Of a DNA stretch of 64,000 nt, positions 21,230-30,960 are shown piece after piece. A program made the translations under genes and the position numbers. Where the stretch lies: IMG/VR virus record IMGVR_UViG_3300037322_000284; one strand, 5' to 3'. Origin of the DNA: an uncultured virus (IMG/VR IMGVR_UViG_3300037322_000284) (taxonomy: Duplodnaviria; Heunggongvirae; Uroviricota; Caudoviricetes). The notes under the pieces are model-generated. The model did not search any database and was not told where the DNA came from. It saw nothing but the letters and a program-made list of their open reading frames with translations. The first letter of the stretch is position 1. Each line of letters starts with the position of its first letter.

Positions 21230-21655
21230 CTACGAAAGCCCCTGTTTATTTTGTTCTTGTGCTATTGCAATGTCCACTTGTTGTTTTTTGTAGGCATCGT
21301 ACAATCCATTGTCTACTATTTCTTTTTTGCCGTTCTTTACTGCGAAAGTATACTTGACATCAAATCCTTCTAGTTCTTTTACAATCTCCTTTGGTATTTC
21401 TATAATATCTTTAGCTAAATTATAATAATGAAATAACCTAGTTTTAATCTGCATAAAATCTATATTTAGCGGATGAAGGTACCCTACGGTATCAAAAAAA
21501 AGTTCTGCATAATCTTTTGGAGTTTCCATTTCAAGGACTCTTTCTGCCATTGAACTCCTTTTATTACCCATATCTTTTGTTTCCGCTTCAAGGAATAATT
21601 TGAAGTCTAGATATTCTTTAAACGCCTGTTCTATATCTGTTTGTATTTTTGACAT
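21230..21655 (-). CDS. Hypothetical protein
   Basis: 141 aa ORF; its 3' end forms a hairpin plus T-tract. Confidence 0.6.
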   Translation of the reverse strand: MSKIQTDIEQAFKEYLDFKLFLEAETKDMGNKRSSMAERVLEMETPKDYAELFFDTVGYLHPLNIDFMQIKTRLFHYYNLAKDIIEIPKEIVKELEGFDVKYTFAVKNGKKEIVDNGLYDAYKKQQVDIAIAQEQNKQGLS

Positions 21656-21669
21656 TATTCTTTTATTTC

Positions 21670-21876
21670 TTAGTCTGTGTAAAATGTATCTGAGTAGTAG
21701 TCACTCTTTATGGTAGTTTTCAAAGCATCATATATCTCTTGATTGGTTAGATCGTAAAACTTTTTCTTTGCTGTCTTTTCTATTTGTGTTAGCTTTTCTC
21801 CCGCCGAAAATCCGTCATTAATGCAAAATAAATCTCCTATCAATTCTGCTATAGCCCCTTCTAATTTTAATTGCAT
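21670..21876 (-). CDS. Hypothetical protein
   Basis: 68 aa ORF coupled in operon. Confidence 0.5.
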   Translation of the reverse strand: MQLKLEGAIAELIGDLFCINDGFSAGEKLTQIEKTAKKKFYDLTNQEIYDALKTTIKSDYYSDTFYTD

Positions 21877-22190
21877 CTCCCTGTTAATTTAATTAATCCT
21901 AATTGTACGTTTTTATATTTTACTACCACTGTTTTTGCAAAGTTCATATCACAATCTTTATAAGTCAACTTTACAGACAGTCTCTGTTTATCTAAGACTA
22001 AATTGTTGTTTGTGGTACAACCACATTTTGGTTCTATAGTAAATAGTGTTGAGTCTTCAACTCCTGATAGGATTAACTCTACTGTTTTATCCTCAGCCAT
22101 TTTTACACTGCCCATATCAACTGTAAACAGTATCCCCTCTTGTGTGAGTGTGTATTTATTTGTAATTTTTTCTACTGTCATTGTTTCCAT
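21867..22190 (-). CDS. Ig-like protein (DUF1573-like)
   Basis: PKCGCT motif and beta-strand pattern. Confidence 0.55.
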   Translation of the reverse strand: METMTVEKITNKYTLTQEGILFTVDMGSVKMAEDKTVELILSGVEDSTLFTIEPKCGCTTNNNLVLDKQRLSVKLTYKDCDMNFAKTVVVKYKNVQLGLIKLTGRCN

Positions 22191-22570
22191 TTATTTTTAG
22201 GGCAAATTTCTAAATCCTCCATTGTTTTATAATATATGCTACAGCTTGAACAGGCTAAACAATTTCCTAAATTATCTTGATCTAAAGTTCCACAAATCCA
22301 GGAATAAAAATCTGATAATTTTATAATAGCTTTCTTATTCCAAGGTATACTTTCTGAATTTTTAGAATTGAATGGACATGTATTACATACCAATCTTCTA
22401 CCTCTTACTTTTTCTGTTACCACTTCTTTTTTAAAGCGACTTCTAATTATAATTAAAGCCGTTGAGAGGGGAGTTGAAAAAAGGTTGCGGAAACTAAGCC
22501 CACTATATAAATCGCTAAAAATGCGACAAAAACTTACCCCTCTCTCTTGCTTTTTCTTTTTACTTATCAT
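22178..22570 (-). CDS. Cys-rich (zinc-binding) hypothetical protein
   Basis: CNTCPFN, CLACSSC, CPKNKW. Confidence 0.6.
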   Translation of the reverse strand: MISKKKKQERGVSFCRIFSDLYSGLSFRNLFSTPLSTALIIIRSRFKKEVVTEKVRGRRLVCNTCPFNSKNSESIPWNKKAIIKLSDFYSWICGTLDQDNLGNCLACSSCSIYYKTMEDLEICPKNKWKQ

Positions 22571-22886
22571 CTATTTTTAATCTTTGGTGCCCACTTAAAT
22601 AATGATGTAGTTGCATTTCTGCTCTTTTATAAATTGGGCTGTCTATTGACTTTTTTAAATTATCTAGCTTTAACCTTTTATGTAAAAATGTGCAAAAACC
22701 TTTTAAATTAAATCCCATTTTTTCTGCACTGTTATCTTCTAACTTGTAGAGTATAAATTTATATAAAGCTCTGTAAAGATCTTCAGCATCCTCTCTTGTC
22801 ATTCCTTTTCTTCTTGCGGAATACCTATCTATTAAATCTTGCTCGGTAAAATAATCTAAATAATTCTTTACTCCTTTGCTTTCCAT
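22560..22886 (-). CDS. IHF/HU-like DNA-binding protein
   Basis: Two helices then FNLKGFCTF turn resembling the HU 'l.gfG.F' motif; crAss-like phages encode such genes upstream of TerL. Confidence 0.45.
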   Translation of the reverse strand: MESKGVKNYLDYFTEQDLIDRYSARRKGMTREDAEDLYRALYKFILYKLEDNSAEKMGFNLKGFCTFLHKRLKLDNLKKSIDSPIYKRAEMQLHHYLSGHQRLKIDDK

Positions 22887-23221
22887 TCTAACATTAGTAT
22901 TGATTTACTGTCATTATTTAAATACATAGTAAGTAGGTTTTCAAAATTTTCATGCAGCCTTTTGCCGTTCCTCGCATTTAAATCTACAAAAATACCTTTA
23001 TCACTAAGTCTTTTTACTAACTGTCCGTAATTCTCTTTTGTAGTTTTATAATTAATCATAAAACTTTTTTTAGATTTATCATTAACTCCGCCACATCTTA
23101 AAACTTCACATAATAAATCTAGTTCTCTTCCTGTTACATTCTGAAAGCAAAATAGACACATTGTATGAACAAATTGTCTAACCGCTTCTATTCTATTGTT
23201 AGACGAATTTAGTTTTAACAT
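22868..23221 (-). CDS. Hypothetical protein, possibly winged-HTH
   Basis: TGRELDLL...YGQLVKRLSDKGIF pattern. Confidence 0.5.
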   Translation of the reverse strand: MLKLNSSNNRIEAVRQFVHTMCLFCFQNVTGRELDLLCEVLRCGGVNDKSKKSFMINYKTTKENYGQLVKRLSDKGIFVDLNARNGKRLHENFENLLTMYLNNDSKSILMLEWKAKE

Positions 23222-23526
23222 TTAGCAAATATTATTTTATGATTAAGTAATAAATATTTATTTTCAAAATTCTCTGAGTTTTTAATCCTTATAGGTGTTA
23301 AAAAATCTTCTCTAATTAATACCGAGTCTCCTTCTTTCAGTTCTTTTTGCTCTTTCCCGATTTTAAGAACTGTACATTCTACTAACTCTCCTTTCTCTTG
23401 ATTAACTGCCGTTTGACTGAATACGTTTTGTTCCGAAGAACCACCTTCTACTTGCGAGGTCTTTTTTGTAACTATAACTTCTTCGTTTAAGAATTCCAAC
23501 GTCTCTAAAGTTATCTTCATTTTCAT
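23215..23526 (-). CDS. GroES-like co-chaperonin
   Basis: 103 aa; FLNEEVIV...CTVLKIG..LKEGDSVLI...KYLLL..IIFA matches the Cpn10 layout. Confidence 0.65.
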   Translation of the reverse strand: MKMKITLETLEFLNEEVIVTKKTSQVEGGSSEQNVFSQTAVNQEKGELVECTVLKIGKEQKELKEGDSVLIREDFLTPIRIKNSENFENKYLLLNHKIIFAKC

Positions 23527-23785
23527 CTATTTTATTTAAAATTTCTATTATTCTTTTTCTTATTGGTTTTACGTGATATCCGTGCATTGCAACTCTAGTT
23601 AGTATCTTTTTAGTGGGTTTGTAATAAAACCAAACTAATACTCGCCTATTTTGGAAATCATTTAAAATAACTACTGTTGTACTTTCAAAATTGTATATTT
23701 GAAGTCCCTTTTTCTTTCTCTTATGCGACATTCCTTTCGCATATTTCATCATAGAAAAAAGGTATTTAAAATATTTGTCTAACAT
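23402..23785 (-). CDS. Hypothetical basic protein
   Basis: First ORF after minus-strand promoter at ~23802-23836. Confidence 0.45.
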   Translation of the reverse strand: MLDKYFKYLFSMMKYAKGMSHKRKKKGLQIYNFESTTVVILNDFQNRRVLVWFYYKPTKKILTRVAMHGYHVKPIRKRIIEILNKIDENEDNFRDVGILKRRSYSYKKDLASRRWFFGTKRIQSNGS

Positions 23786-23801
23786 CTTTTAGTATTATTC
23801 T

Positions 23802-23912
23802 TTGCAAATATATAATATTGTTTTTTAATACACAAGTTTTTTAACAAATATTTTTAATAGTTACAAATTTTGTCAAACATTTGTGAGTTAATAATTTTAT
23901 AACTACCTTTGC
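23802..23912. promoter_or_regulatory. Divergent Bacteroidota sigma-type promoters at the strand switch
   Basis: Minus: TTG...TATATTTG; plus: TTG...TACCTTTG (-33 TTG / -7 TAnnTTTG consensus). Confidence 0.65.
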
Positions 23913-23932
23913 CTTATCCAAAATAAGAGAAA

Positions 23933-24205
23933 ATGTATTACGAACAACAAAAACTAGGATACACCGAGTATAGAGAAGTAATCCTAGATAATATATCGAG
24001 GCTGGTAGTCAATGAAAGCTATATGTCAAATAATGAAGATGCGTTCGAACACATAGTTTTTAAAAGTTATGAAAAGTATGCAAATTCTAAAACCGAGAAT
24101 TATACAATCAATCAAATAGTATCACTCTTAAATATTTTTTTAGACAGTCTTATAAGATATGAAATGGATAATGAGCTTCCTGAAGATTCAATAACAATAG
24201 CTTAA
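23933..24205 (+). CDS. Hypothetical protein
   Basis: 90 aa ORF after promoter. Confidence 0.6.
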   Translation: MYYEQQKLGYTEYREVILDNISRLVVNESYMSNNEDAFEHIVFKSYEKYANSKTENYTINQIVSLLNIFLDSLIRYEMDNELPEDSITIA

Positions 24206-24488
24206 ACAGCATGAAAACAGATATAATTTTAGGGTAATAATAGTGCCTGCATATTAATTAACTTTCTTTGTGTGTGCACTTTAAAATATTTTTTACCAAA
24301 ATGGTATATAAATTGGTCAGAGATTTATTCTTGCAATCGTATTACCTAAAGATACGCATCTAACTTACGGAGTTAAATCAAAACCCTTTCCCTGTCCGTA
24401 TAAAGAGTTTAAGGCACTCAGACGTTGAAGCGCCTAGCGGGGCGGTAATTAATAAAGTGCAAGTGAGTTAAGGGGTGTCTCACAAAAA

Positions 24489-24559
24489 TGATTTATGGTG
24501 TAATGGTAACACAACTGTTTTTGAAGCAGTCATTTTAGGTTCGAGCCCTGATAGATCAA
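24489..24559 (+). tRNA. tRNA-Gln(TTG)
   Basis: Acceptor tgattta/tagatca, D-arm gtg-taatggtaa-cac, anticodon stem actgt/gcagt with loop ttTTGaa, T-arm ttagg-ttcgagc-cctga. Confidence 0.85.
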
Positions 24560-24799
24560 CTAAATAACTGTCTTTTTATTAGGTGGTTAAAAAATTAATT
24601 CATAAATTTGCTCGTTGGTTTAGTTGTGCCGTAAAACAACCATTAGAATTTAAAATAAAATGTTTATAAGTGATAGCGACTACTTACAAACTAGACAAAG
24701 AAAGATATAATAAGCTTTGAAAGCTCTTTAATTAAAAAATCCCTTTGTAGTCGCTTTAAAAGGGAATTTTTGATTTTAGGGCTTTCTGCATTTTATATT

Positions 24800-25633
24800 A
24801 TGAACAAAAAAGTTTACATTAATAACGCTGAGTATAATACTTTCTTCAACACACCTAATGTTGATTCAGATAAGTTATGCGCTGTTTTTACTCACTTACG
24901 TGGGAACAAGAATGGAAATCGCCGTTATTCACCTAAAGGTAAACTTAAACATTTCTCTCTTCTTAGAGAATTTACTGGAATGTCAAGACACGCAATTGAA
25001 ACTTATGTACCAATTTTAATAAATATTGGCGTTGTCACTTTAAACAGTGATGGTGGTGTTTCTGTTATGGGTTTTAACAGTACTTTTAAGAAGCTTAGAA
25101 CGTCTGAAACTCGTATAATACATATTCCAATTGAAATGTGTAAATCGTTCTTAAAAACGGCTGTAAGTGTTGGTTCAGTACGTATCAAAACAAATATTAG
25201 AAAACAGAATAAACAAATAGACTTAAAGGAAACGCAGACTAAACTACTTAAAAAATATGTTTATCAGCAACAAAATCCTACAAAATCAATTCTGTCAAAG
25301 AAGGAAACTTCGGCGGTAGGTAAGATTATTGAAAGATTTGGTTCGATAAATGAATTCACTAAAGCTTATTGCGAAGAAGTTATCCTAAGTCAAAACGGAT
25401 TTACTAACCTTAATGGGGGAGTAGATGGTAGATATTTTAAAAAACAGTTATTAGCAAGTGGATTTATAGAATCTAAAATCAGAACAGAAAAACTTACAAA
25501 TGCAATTCAGTATCCAGAATACCTAAAGATTAAAACTACTATCATCAGTTCTGTTGGTAATGGTGTCTTTTGGTGCCCCTCTGATAAATGCGTCTATAAG
25601 TACTTAGCTAGTTCTTTGGTTTGGATTAAATAG
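24800..25633 (+). CDS. Hypothetical basic, probably DNA-binding protein
   Basis: ATG at 24800; HTH-like LLREFTGMSRHAIETYVPILINIGVV. Confidence 0.6.
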   Translation: MNKKVYINNAEYNTFFNTPNVDSDKLCAVFTHLRGNKNGNRRYSPKGKLKHFSLLREFTGMSRHAIETYVPILINIGVVTLNSDGGVSVMGFNSTFKKLRTSETRIIHIPIEMCKSFLKTAVSVGSVRIKTNIRKQNKQIDLKETQTKLLKKYVYQQQNPTKSILSKKETSAVGKIIERFGSINEFTKAYCEEVILSQNGFTNLNGGVDGRYFKKQLLASGFIESKIRTEKLTNAIQYPEYLKIKTTIISSVGNGVFWCPSDKCVYKYLASSLVWIK

Positions 25634-25762
25634 GAATAGGGAAAAGAGTTTTTTTTTAAGTAGTAGAGAATTTTCAGCAAGTTGAAAATAATATAAAATA
25701 AATTTGCAAGACAAAAATAAAATAATTACATTTGTATTGTAAAAAAAATAAATTAAAAAATT

Positions 25763-26035
25763 ATGTTTTTAAACACACAAACTATGAATATACAAGATGA
25801 ATTACAAAAAATCCATAATCAATATGGGATAAGTGAAAAAGCAAATTACGAAATACAAAAAATATTTGATTTTGAAATTTATAAATTTAAGATAAAGGCA
25901 GACAAATGGGATAAATTAGGAGAAGAGATAGGAGCTTATTATGAGAGCGATGAAGATGATGAAGAATGGAATGAAGATGAGGGCTCTTTATTAGATATTG
26001 GAGAAGCCGCATCGAGTGCTTATGGTTATCTTTAA
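25763..26035 (+). CDS. Hypothetical acidic protein
   Basis: Follows TTGCA...TACATTTG promoter at ~25703-25733. Confidence 0.6.
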   Translation: MFLNTQTMNIQDELQKIHNQYGISEKANYEIQKIFDFEIYKFKIKADKWDKLGEEIGAYYESDEDDEEWNEDEGSLLDIGEAASSAYGYL

Positions 26036-26115
26036 CCATTATAACTAAGTTGAAATATGGCAAGAAGCAAAACACCGTTTTAATGGAGATTTAAATAAGC
26101 TTAAAAATAAAACAA

Positions 26116-26415
26116 ATGAAATTAACTTATACAGTACAAAAGATTGAAACTATAGAAACAGATATTGACCTCCCAATCTACATCTACACATAAGGAGAAC
26201 TTTTAGATGAAGAGTTTCATAAATGGGACGGAACAACAAAAACAAGTGTTATTAGAGGATGGAATGAACTTGCAATCAGTATTTCTACAACACCGCCAAA
26301 TATATACCCATCCACTTTAGAAAAATACCTTGTAACAGAGGAGATATTTAATGAAGTATTTAAAGAAGCTTTAGGGCAAATAAATCCAATAAAAACAGGT
26401 AATGAGAAATTCTAA
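26116..26415 (+). pseudogene. ORF interrupted by single in-frame TAA (26191-26193)
   Basis: MKLTYTVQKIETIETDIDLPIYIYT*GELLDEEFHKWDG...GNEKF*, frame open on both sides. Confidence 0.55.
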
Positions 26416-26443
26416 TTTTCCGCAAAACAAATAAAACATAAAA

Positions 26444-27170
26444 ATGGAATACATAAGAGAGAGTTGGAGTCAATACTCAGAAAGGTTAAAATCATACGAT
26501 TACACTCAAGAGCAAATTGAAGCAGTAAGAATAGTCAGAGAAGAAGCAGAACAAGTGCCAAACGAAATGTTTGACGAGCTTGTAAGACTAGGAGTAATTG
26601 AGAGAACAAGAAAATTAAAGAAGAAAAGAAGTCTTTATGTCTTACAGGATGGGAAAATAGTATATCTTGAGCATTTTAACAAGCAACTGGAGTGGTGTGG
26701 ATATTTTAAAGAGAGAGAAGATGGAGAATAGGTGTTATATGCTTGGTGAAGCTGAATTCTTTGAAACATTTGAAGACCGTTTCTTTTATTTTATTTTCGG
26801 CGAAAAAGAGATTAAAACAGGATTTTTAGAAAGCTTAAATCTAAATAAAAGATACAAAGAAGTAACAGAGAAAGAGTTAAGAAGAGAGATCAATATAAGA
26901 TTACGATATTTTACAAGAGATAAACTTGCACAGTAATAATAAAAGAACTATCTTTACACAAAGAAACATAAGATGACAATAGAACATTTATTAGAAGAGC
27001 ATAAATTAGCCAAACTAGAAACTTGGGAACAGTTAAACGAATTAAAACAGTTTGACACTTCTAAATTTTCGGCGAAAGAAAAAGAAGAAATAATATTATC
27101 ACTAATGGAACTTCAAATGGAATATTCTATGAGGAATTTATTTGTAAGCGAATTAGAAAGTTTATTGTAA
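26444..27170 (+). other. Three small hypothetical ORFs (26444-26731, ~26721-26936, 26973-27170)
   Basis: Co-directional compact ORFs. Confidence 0.55.
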
Positions 27171-27367
27171 CATAGGAGTTTTCTGATACTTAGGTGATGT
27201 AGTTAATGTATAATAAAATTTAGAACTATGAAAACAAGACCTATAGAAATGGCTGAACTAGAGATAATACTTTTAAGATTTAAAATAATGTTAGAGGAAG
27301 AACCTGATAGATACACCATTCAAGAGTTCATAGAACAAGAGGATTTTAGAAGAGATTTGTTTCCAAA

Positions 27368-27739
27368 GTGAAAGAATCTAAAATAATTATAAAACAGTTC
27401 TCTGATAAATCTTCTAATTTTTGGGTAGACTTCGCACACTACTCTCTAAATGAAAATAAAGAAATAATTTGGTGTTCGGGCGAATCCGCCACAAAAGAAA
27501 AAATAGAGTTTTTAGAGGCATATATAAAAAGAAACAACAAAGTATTCAAAGAAAGAGAGAAAGTAGCTGAGATTAAAGATTATGATGCTCTATTTACGTT
27601 TGGTAAGCATATTAATACTAAAGTCGGAGATGTGTTTCTAAAAGATTCGACGTATTTAAAGTGGGCAAGGGATAATTACATTTTTAAGTCGGGCGAAGAA
27701 AAGTTGAAAGAACAGATTATAAAGGTATTAGGAAAATAA
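27368..27739 (+). CDS. Protein with exodeoxyribonuclease-X C-terminal/DUF3820-like motif
   Basis: FTFGKH..KVGDV....YLKW. Confidence 0.55.
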   Translation: MKESKIIIKQFSDKSSNFWVDFAHYSLNENKEIIWCSGESATKEKIEFLEAYIKRNNKVFKEREKVAEIKDYDALFTFGKHINTKVGDVFLKDSTYLKWARDNYIFKSGEEKLKEQIIKVLGK

Positions 27740-27880
27740 AAACAGCATTATTACCCTCGTTCAAGAACACCCTATCACTTGGGGCTTTAGCCGAGGGATG
27801 AATTGAACTTGTTACAACCATTGTCAAAGAGTTGCGTATTAAATATTATTGTATTACCTTTGTATCAATAAAGTATAACT

Positions 27881-28009
27881 ATGGAAAAGAGAGAAAAAAT
27901 AGTGCCTGTTAGAGTTTCTTTAGAAGAAGAGAAAACCTTAACAGATAAAGCTAAAAAGATTGGATTAAAATTATCAACATATTTGAGACTTGCTGGATTA
28001 GAAAAATGA
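27881..28009 (+). CDS. Small ribbon-helix-helix (CopG/MobC-like) protein inside the IS
   Basis: MEKREKIVPVRVSLEEEKTLTDKAKKIGLKLSTYLRLAGLEK; ATGA overlap with tnpB. Confidence 0.7.
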   Translation: MEKREKIVPVRVSLEEEKTLTDKAKKIGLKLSTYLRLAGLEK

Positions 28010-29118
28010 TTAAAACTTATACCTATAAACTGTACAATAATGAAAAATACTCATCAAAATATGATGAGCAAATATCAGTATGCAGAATGGTGTATAACGT
28101 AGCAAAAGAGGTAAAAGAAGAGTCTTACAAGAAAGGTGTAAGTATTAACGGATTTGCCTTATCAAAACAACTTACGGAAGCTAAAAAAGAATTCCCTTGG
28201 TTAAAAAAAGTACACAGTCAAACACTTCAAGCTATTTTAGAAAGACTTGAGGAGGGATATAAAAAGTTTTTTAGAGATTTAAAAGCGGGAAAAACTTGTA
28301 GTAAACCTAATTGGGCTAAAAAAAGCAAATTTCAAACACTAACATTTAAACAAAATGTAAAAAGAACTGTTCAAGGATTTAAGTTACCTGGTTTTGGAGA
28401 AGTCAAAATATTCAACAATGAATATTTTTTTGACGGAATAATAAAACAAGCTAAACTAACTAAAAAAGCTGATGGATTATATTTGAATGTAATTGTAGAA
28501 ATTGAAAATATTAAAAGAGAGAATCAATCTAATAATATTATTTCAATTGATATGGGGATTACAAGATTTTTAACCACCTCTGACGGAGAAGTAATTGAGA
28601 ATCCTAAACACTTATTTAAAAAGATTAAAGAGTTAAGGGTTACTCAAAGAAAGTTAAGTAGGAAGTATCAAAAAGGTAAAAAACAATCTTTAAATTACTA
28701 CAAACAAGTGAACGTAGTTGCGAGATTACATAAGCAAGTTTCAGACACAAGGAAAGACTTTTTACATAAAGTTACTACCGATTTAGCAAATAATTACGAC
28801 TTAATAGTTGTTGAGGATTTAAACATTCAAAAGATGGTTAAATCTTCTAAACTAGCTAAACATATTTTAGATTGTAGTTGGGGTATGTTTTTTGAACTTT
28901 TAAAATCAAAGATAGAAGTTGTTAAAGTTAATCCTGCGTACAGTTCTCAAGAATGTTCAAAATGCGGGCATACTTGTAAAGAAAATAGACCAACACAATC
29001 TATATTTAATTGTGTAAAATGTAAACACACAGCAAATGCGGACGACCAAGCTTGTATAGTGCTGTTAAACAGATATTTGGAAGGGGCATCTTCCTTTGGA
29101 GGTAACGTAAGGCAATAG
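28006..29118 (+). CDS. tnpB: RNA-guided endonuclease TnpB
   Basis: KTYTYKLY N-term, SIDMG (RuvC-I), VVEDL (RuvC-II), CSKC..CVKC zinc finger, NADDQA (RuvC-III). Confidence 0.95.
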   Translation: MIKTYTYKLYNNEKYSSKYDEQISVCRMVYNVAKEVKEESYKKGVSINGFALSKQLTEAKKEFPWLKKVHSQTLQAILERLEEGYKKFFRDLKAGKTCSKPNWAKKSKFQTLTFKQNVKRTVQGFKLPGFGEVKIFNNEYFFDGIIKQAKLTKKADGLYLNVIVEIENIKRENQSNNIISIDMGITRFLTTSDGEVIENPKHLFKKIKELRVTQRKLSRKYQKGKKQSLNYYKQVNVVARLHKQVSDTRKDFLHKVTTDLANNYDLIVVEDLNIQKMVKSSKLAKHILDCSWGMFFELLKSKIEVVKVNPAYSSQECSKCGHTCKENRPTQSIFNCVKCKHTANADDQACIVLLNRYLEGASSFGGNVRQ

Positions 29119-29185
29119 TTTAAGCGTTTTCAAGAATCCCATTTGCTTTAGCTATGGGAGTATGTCAATACATGGAGGAGGGTTT
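29068..29185 (+). ncRNA. TnpB omegaRNA (reRNA) scaffold plus flank-derived guide
   Basis: Overlaps tnpB 3' end; hairpins ggaagg-ggca-tcttcc and ccca-t...a-tggg; ends at TCAA (29168); boundaries approximate. Confidence 0.7.
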
Positions 29186-29193
29186 AGTAGAGT

Positions 29194-29631
29194 ATGAAGA
29201 AATATAAAAAATTAGATTATAACACAAAAGATTTAGAAAGTTTGAGTACTTCCGATTTAAAAAAAGTTTGTGATTATTCTTTAAGACACTACTTATTAGC
29301 TAACCAAGAGTCAACTTATTATTTTTGCCCACTAAAAGAAAAAAACTATTCTACTGATAAGATGCATGTAGCCCATTTTTATGATAGAGGTATAATGTCA
29401 ACTCGTTATGATTTAAATAATTGCCACTTAATTTCAAGTCAATCTAATACGTGGGATTCTCAAATTCCAAAAGAAGGTTACAAGTCTCTACACCATTATG
29501 AATATGAAATATGGTTACATCAAAAATTAGGTGAAAAAAAGTTTAAAGAATTGTTGTGTAACTCAAAAAAATTGATTACATTTGCAAAAGAAGATTATAT
29601 AAAGCTAATTAAAAAGTTTAGAGATGAGTAA
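29194..29631 (+). CDS. NinG-like recombination endonuclease
   Basis: HVAHFYDRG...TRYDLNNCH motif. Confidence 0.7.
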   Translation: MKKYKKLDYNTKDLESLSTSDLKKVCDYSLRHYLLANQESTYYFCPLKEKNYSTDKMHVAHFYDRGIMSTRYDLNNCHLISSQSNTWDSQIPKEGYKSLHHYEYEIWLHQKLGEKKFKELLCNSKKLITFAKEDYIKLIKKFRDE

Positions 29632-30040
29632 TGAATCACACCCTTTTCATAAATTAATGTCTTTTGTTGAAGAGTATAATGAAAATAGAGAAAGCTTCAA
29701 TATGGAAAAGCTACAGTTAATGAGAGAAGATATTGCAATTAATCTTCTTTTACTTTCTGACAGTGTTAGTCAAACTATTGCTAACGCAGAAAGTAAAGAC
29801 TATGATAGAAAACGATTTTATGCACAAAGAGAAGAACATTATAGAAATGAAATAGACGAAAGAACAGGTAAAAATTACAATGTAGCTGATTCAGAGAGAT
29901 TAGCGAGATTAGATGCTAAAGAGATTGATGAAGCTTGCGCTTTTGCATATAAGCAAAAAGAGAGGGCGAGGTTAACAGTCATAGCTATTCAACAAATCTT
30001 GAACTCAATTAGCGGACGAATTTCTAATTACAGTAAATAA
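29624..30040 (+). CDS. Hypothetical helical protein
   Basis: 138 aa coupled ORF. Confidence 0.6.
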   Translation: MSNESHPFHKLMSFVEEYNENRESFNMEKLQLMREDIAINLLLLSDSVSQTIANAESKDYDRKRFYAQREEHYRNEIDERTGKNYNVADSERLARLDAKEIDEACAFAYKQKERARLTVIAIQQILNSISGRISNYSK

Positions 30041-30960
30041 TGTATCCTCAACAAAAAAATCACTCCCAATTTAAAGAGGAGTTTTTTAATAAAAGCACAA
30101 AATTTTCCGAAAAAACCCTACGATTTATAACAGAATACGAAAATGTCAAAAAGCACTTATTGGTAGAATTTGAGGACTACGTATATAAAATAACCCCTAA
30201 TAATTTATTTAAAGGTAAGGATCTGAATATAATGTCTTTGTTAAATAAAGAAAAGTATATAGAAAAAGAACTTCTAAAGTTAGGTATAAACTTAAAAATC
30301 GTAGAAGCAATAATATTTAAGAAAATAATATTTGAAACTAAGTATGGAAAATGTAAATTACCGTTTGATAAAATAAAAAAGTTTTCAAAACCTAACATAT
30401 CTTCAGCTATAAAGAAAACCGAGTTTATGATTAATGAGTTTACAGAGAAACATGGTAATAAGTATAACTATACGGGATCTGTATTTATAAACGCTATTAC
30501 AGAAGTAGATATTATTTGTAAGTTGCATGGGGTTTTTAGACAAGGGTATCCTCAACATAAAGCAGGTCAGGGTTGTCCGAAATGTGCGGGCATATCTAGA
30601 AAAGAAAAAACAGTTGGTAATGGGGGATGGGGTCACAGAGATTGGGAGATAACAGCTGAAAAATCAAGCAATTTCGACAGTTACAAACTTTATATAATTA
30701 GGGTATTTAATGATGAAGAGTCTTTTTACAAAATAGGTAGGACATATAGAAAAATAAAGAAAAGATTTGCTGGATTTATTTATAACTATGAAGTAATACA
30801 AATAAGGGAATCATTCACACCCGCTAAAATATATTTTTTAGAAAAAGTTTTTAAGGAGTATAATAAAGAATTTAAGTACGAACCAAAGAAAAAGTTTCAC
30901 GGTTACAGAGAGTGTTTCTCAAAAATAATAGATATAAATAATGGCGAAGAAATTAGTTAA
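30040..30960 (+). CDS. Homing endonuclease-like protein (same family as 19883-21055)
   Basis: HGNKYNY..CKLHG.F..GCPKC and LYIIRV..FYKIGRT...FHGYRECF. Confidence 0.7.
   Translation: MYPQQKNHSQFKEEFFNKSTKFSEKTLRFITEYENVKKHLLVEFEDYVYKITPNNLFKGKDLNIMSLLNKEKYIEKELLKLGINLKIVEAIIFKKIIFETKYGKCKLPFDKIKKFSKPNISSAIKKTEFMINEFTEKHGNKYNYTGSVFINAITEVDIICKLHGVFRQGYPQHKAGQGCPKCAGISRKEKTVGNGGWGHRDWEITAEKSSNFDSYKLYIIRVFNDEESFYKIGRTYRKIKKRFAGFIYNYEVIQIRESFTPAKIYFLEKVFKEYNKEFKYEPKKKFHGYRECFSKIIDINNGEEIS

Larger units (their letters stand above)
27752..29168 (+). mobile_element. IS200/IS605-family element carrying tnpB but no tnpA
   Basis: Ends defined by identity with the mini copy; subterminal hairpins; right end ...tatgTCAA; TTAT precedes both copies. 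Confidence 0.85.

Noticed and set aside
463..23000. Plus-strand ORFs antisense to structural genes (and minus-strand ORFs after 25 kb)
   Set aside because: Shadow frames of genuine genes with no motifs or expression signals
29169..29190. Self-target of either TnpB guide elsewhere in the window
   Set aside because: No second match noticed by eye; a computational search is needed to exclude it
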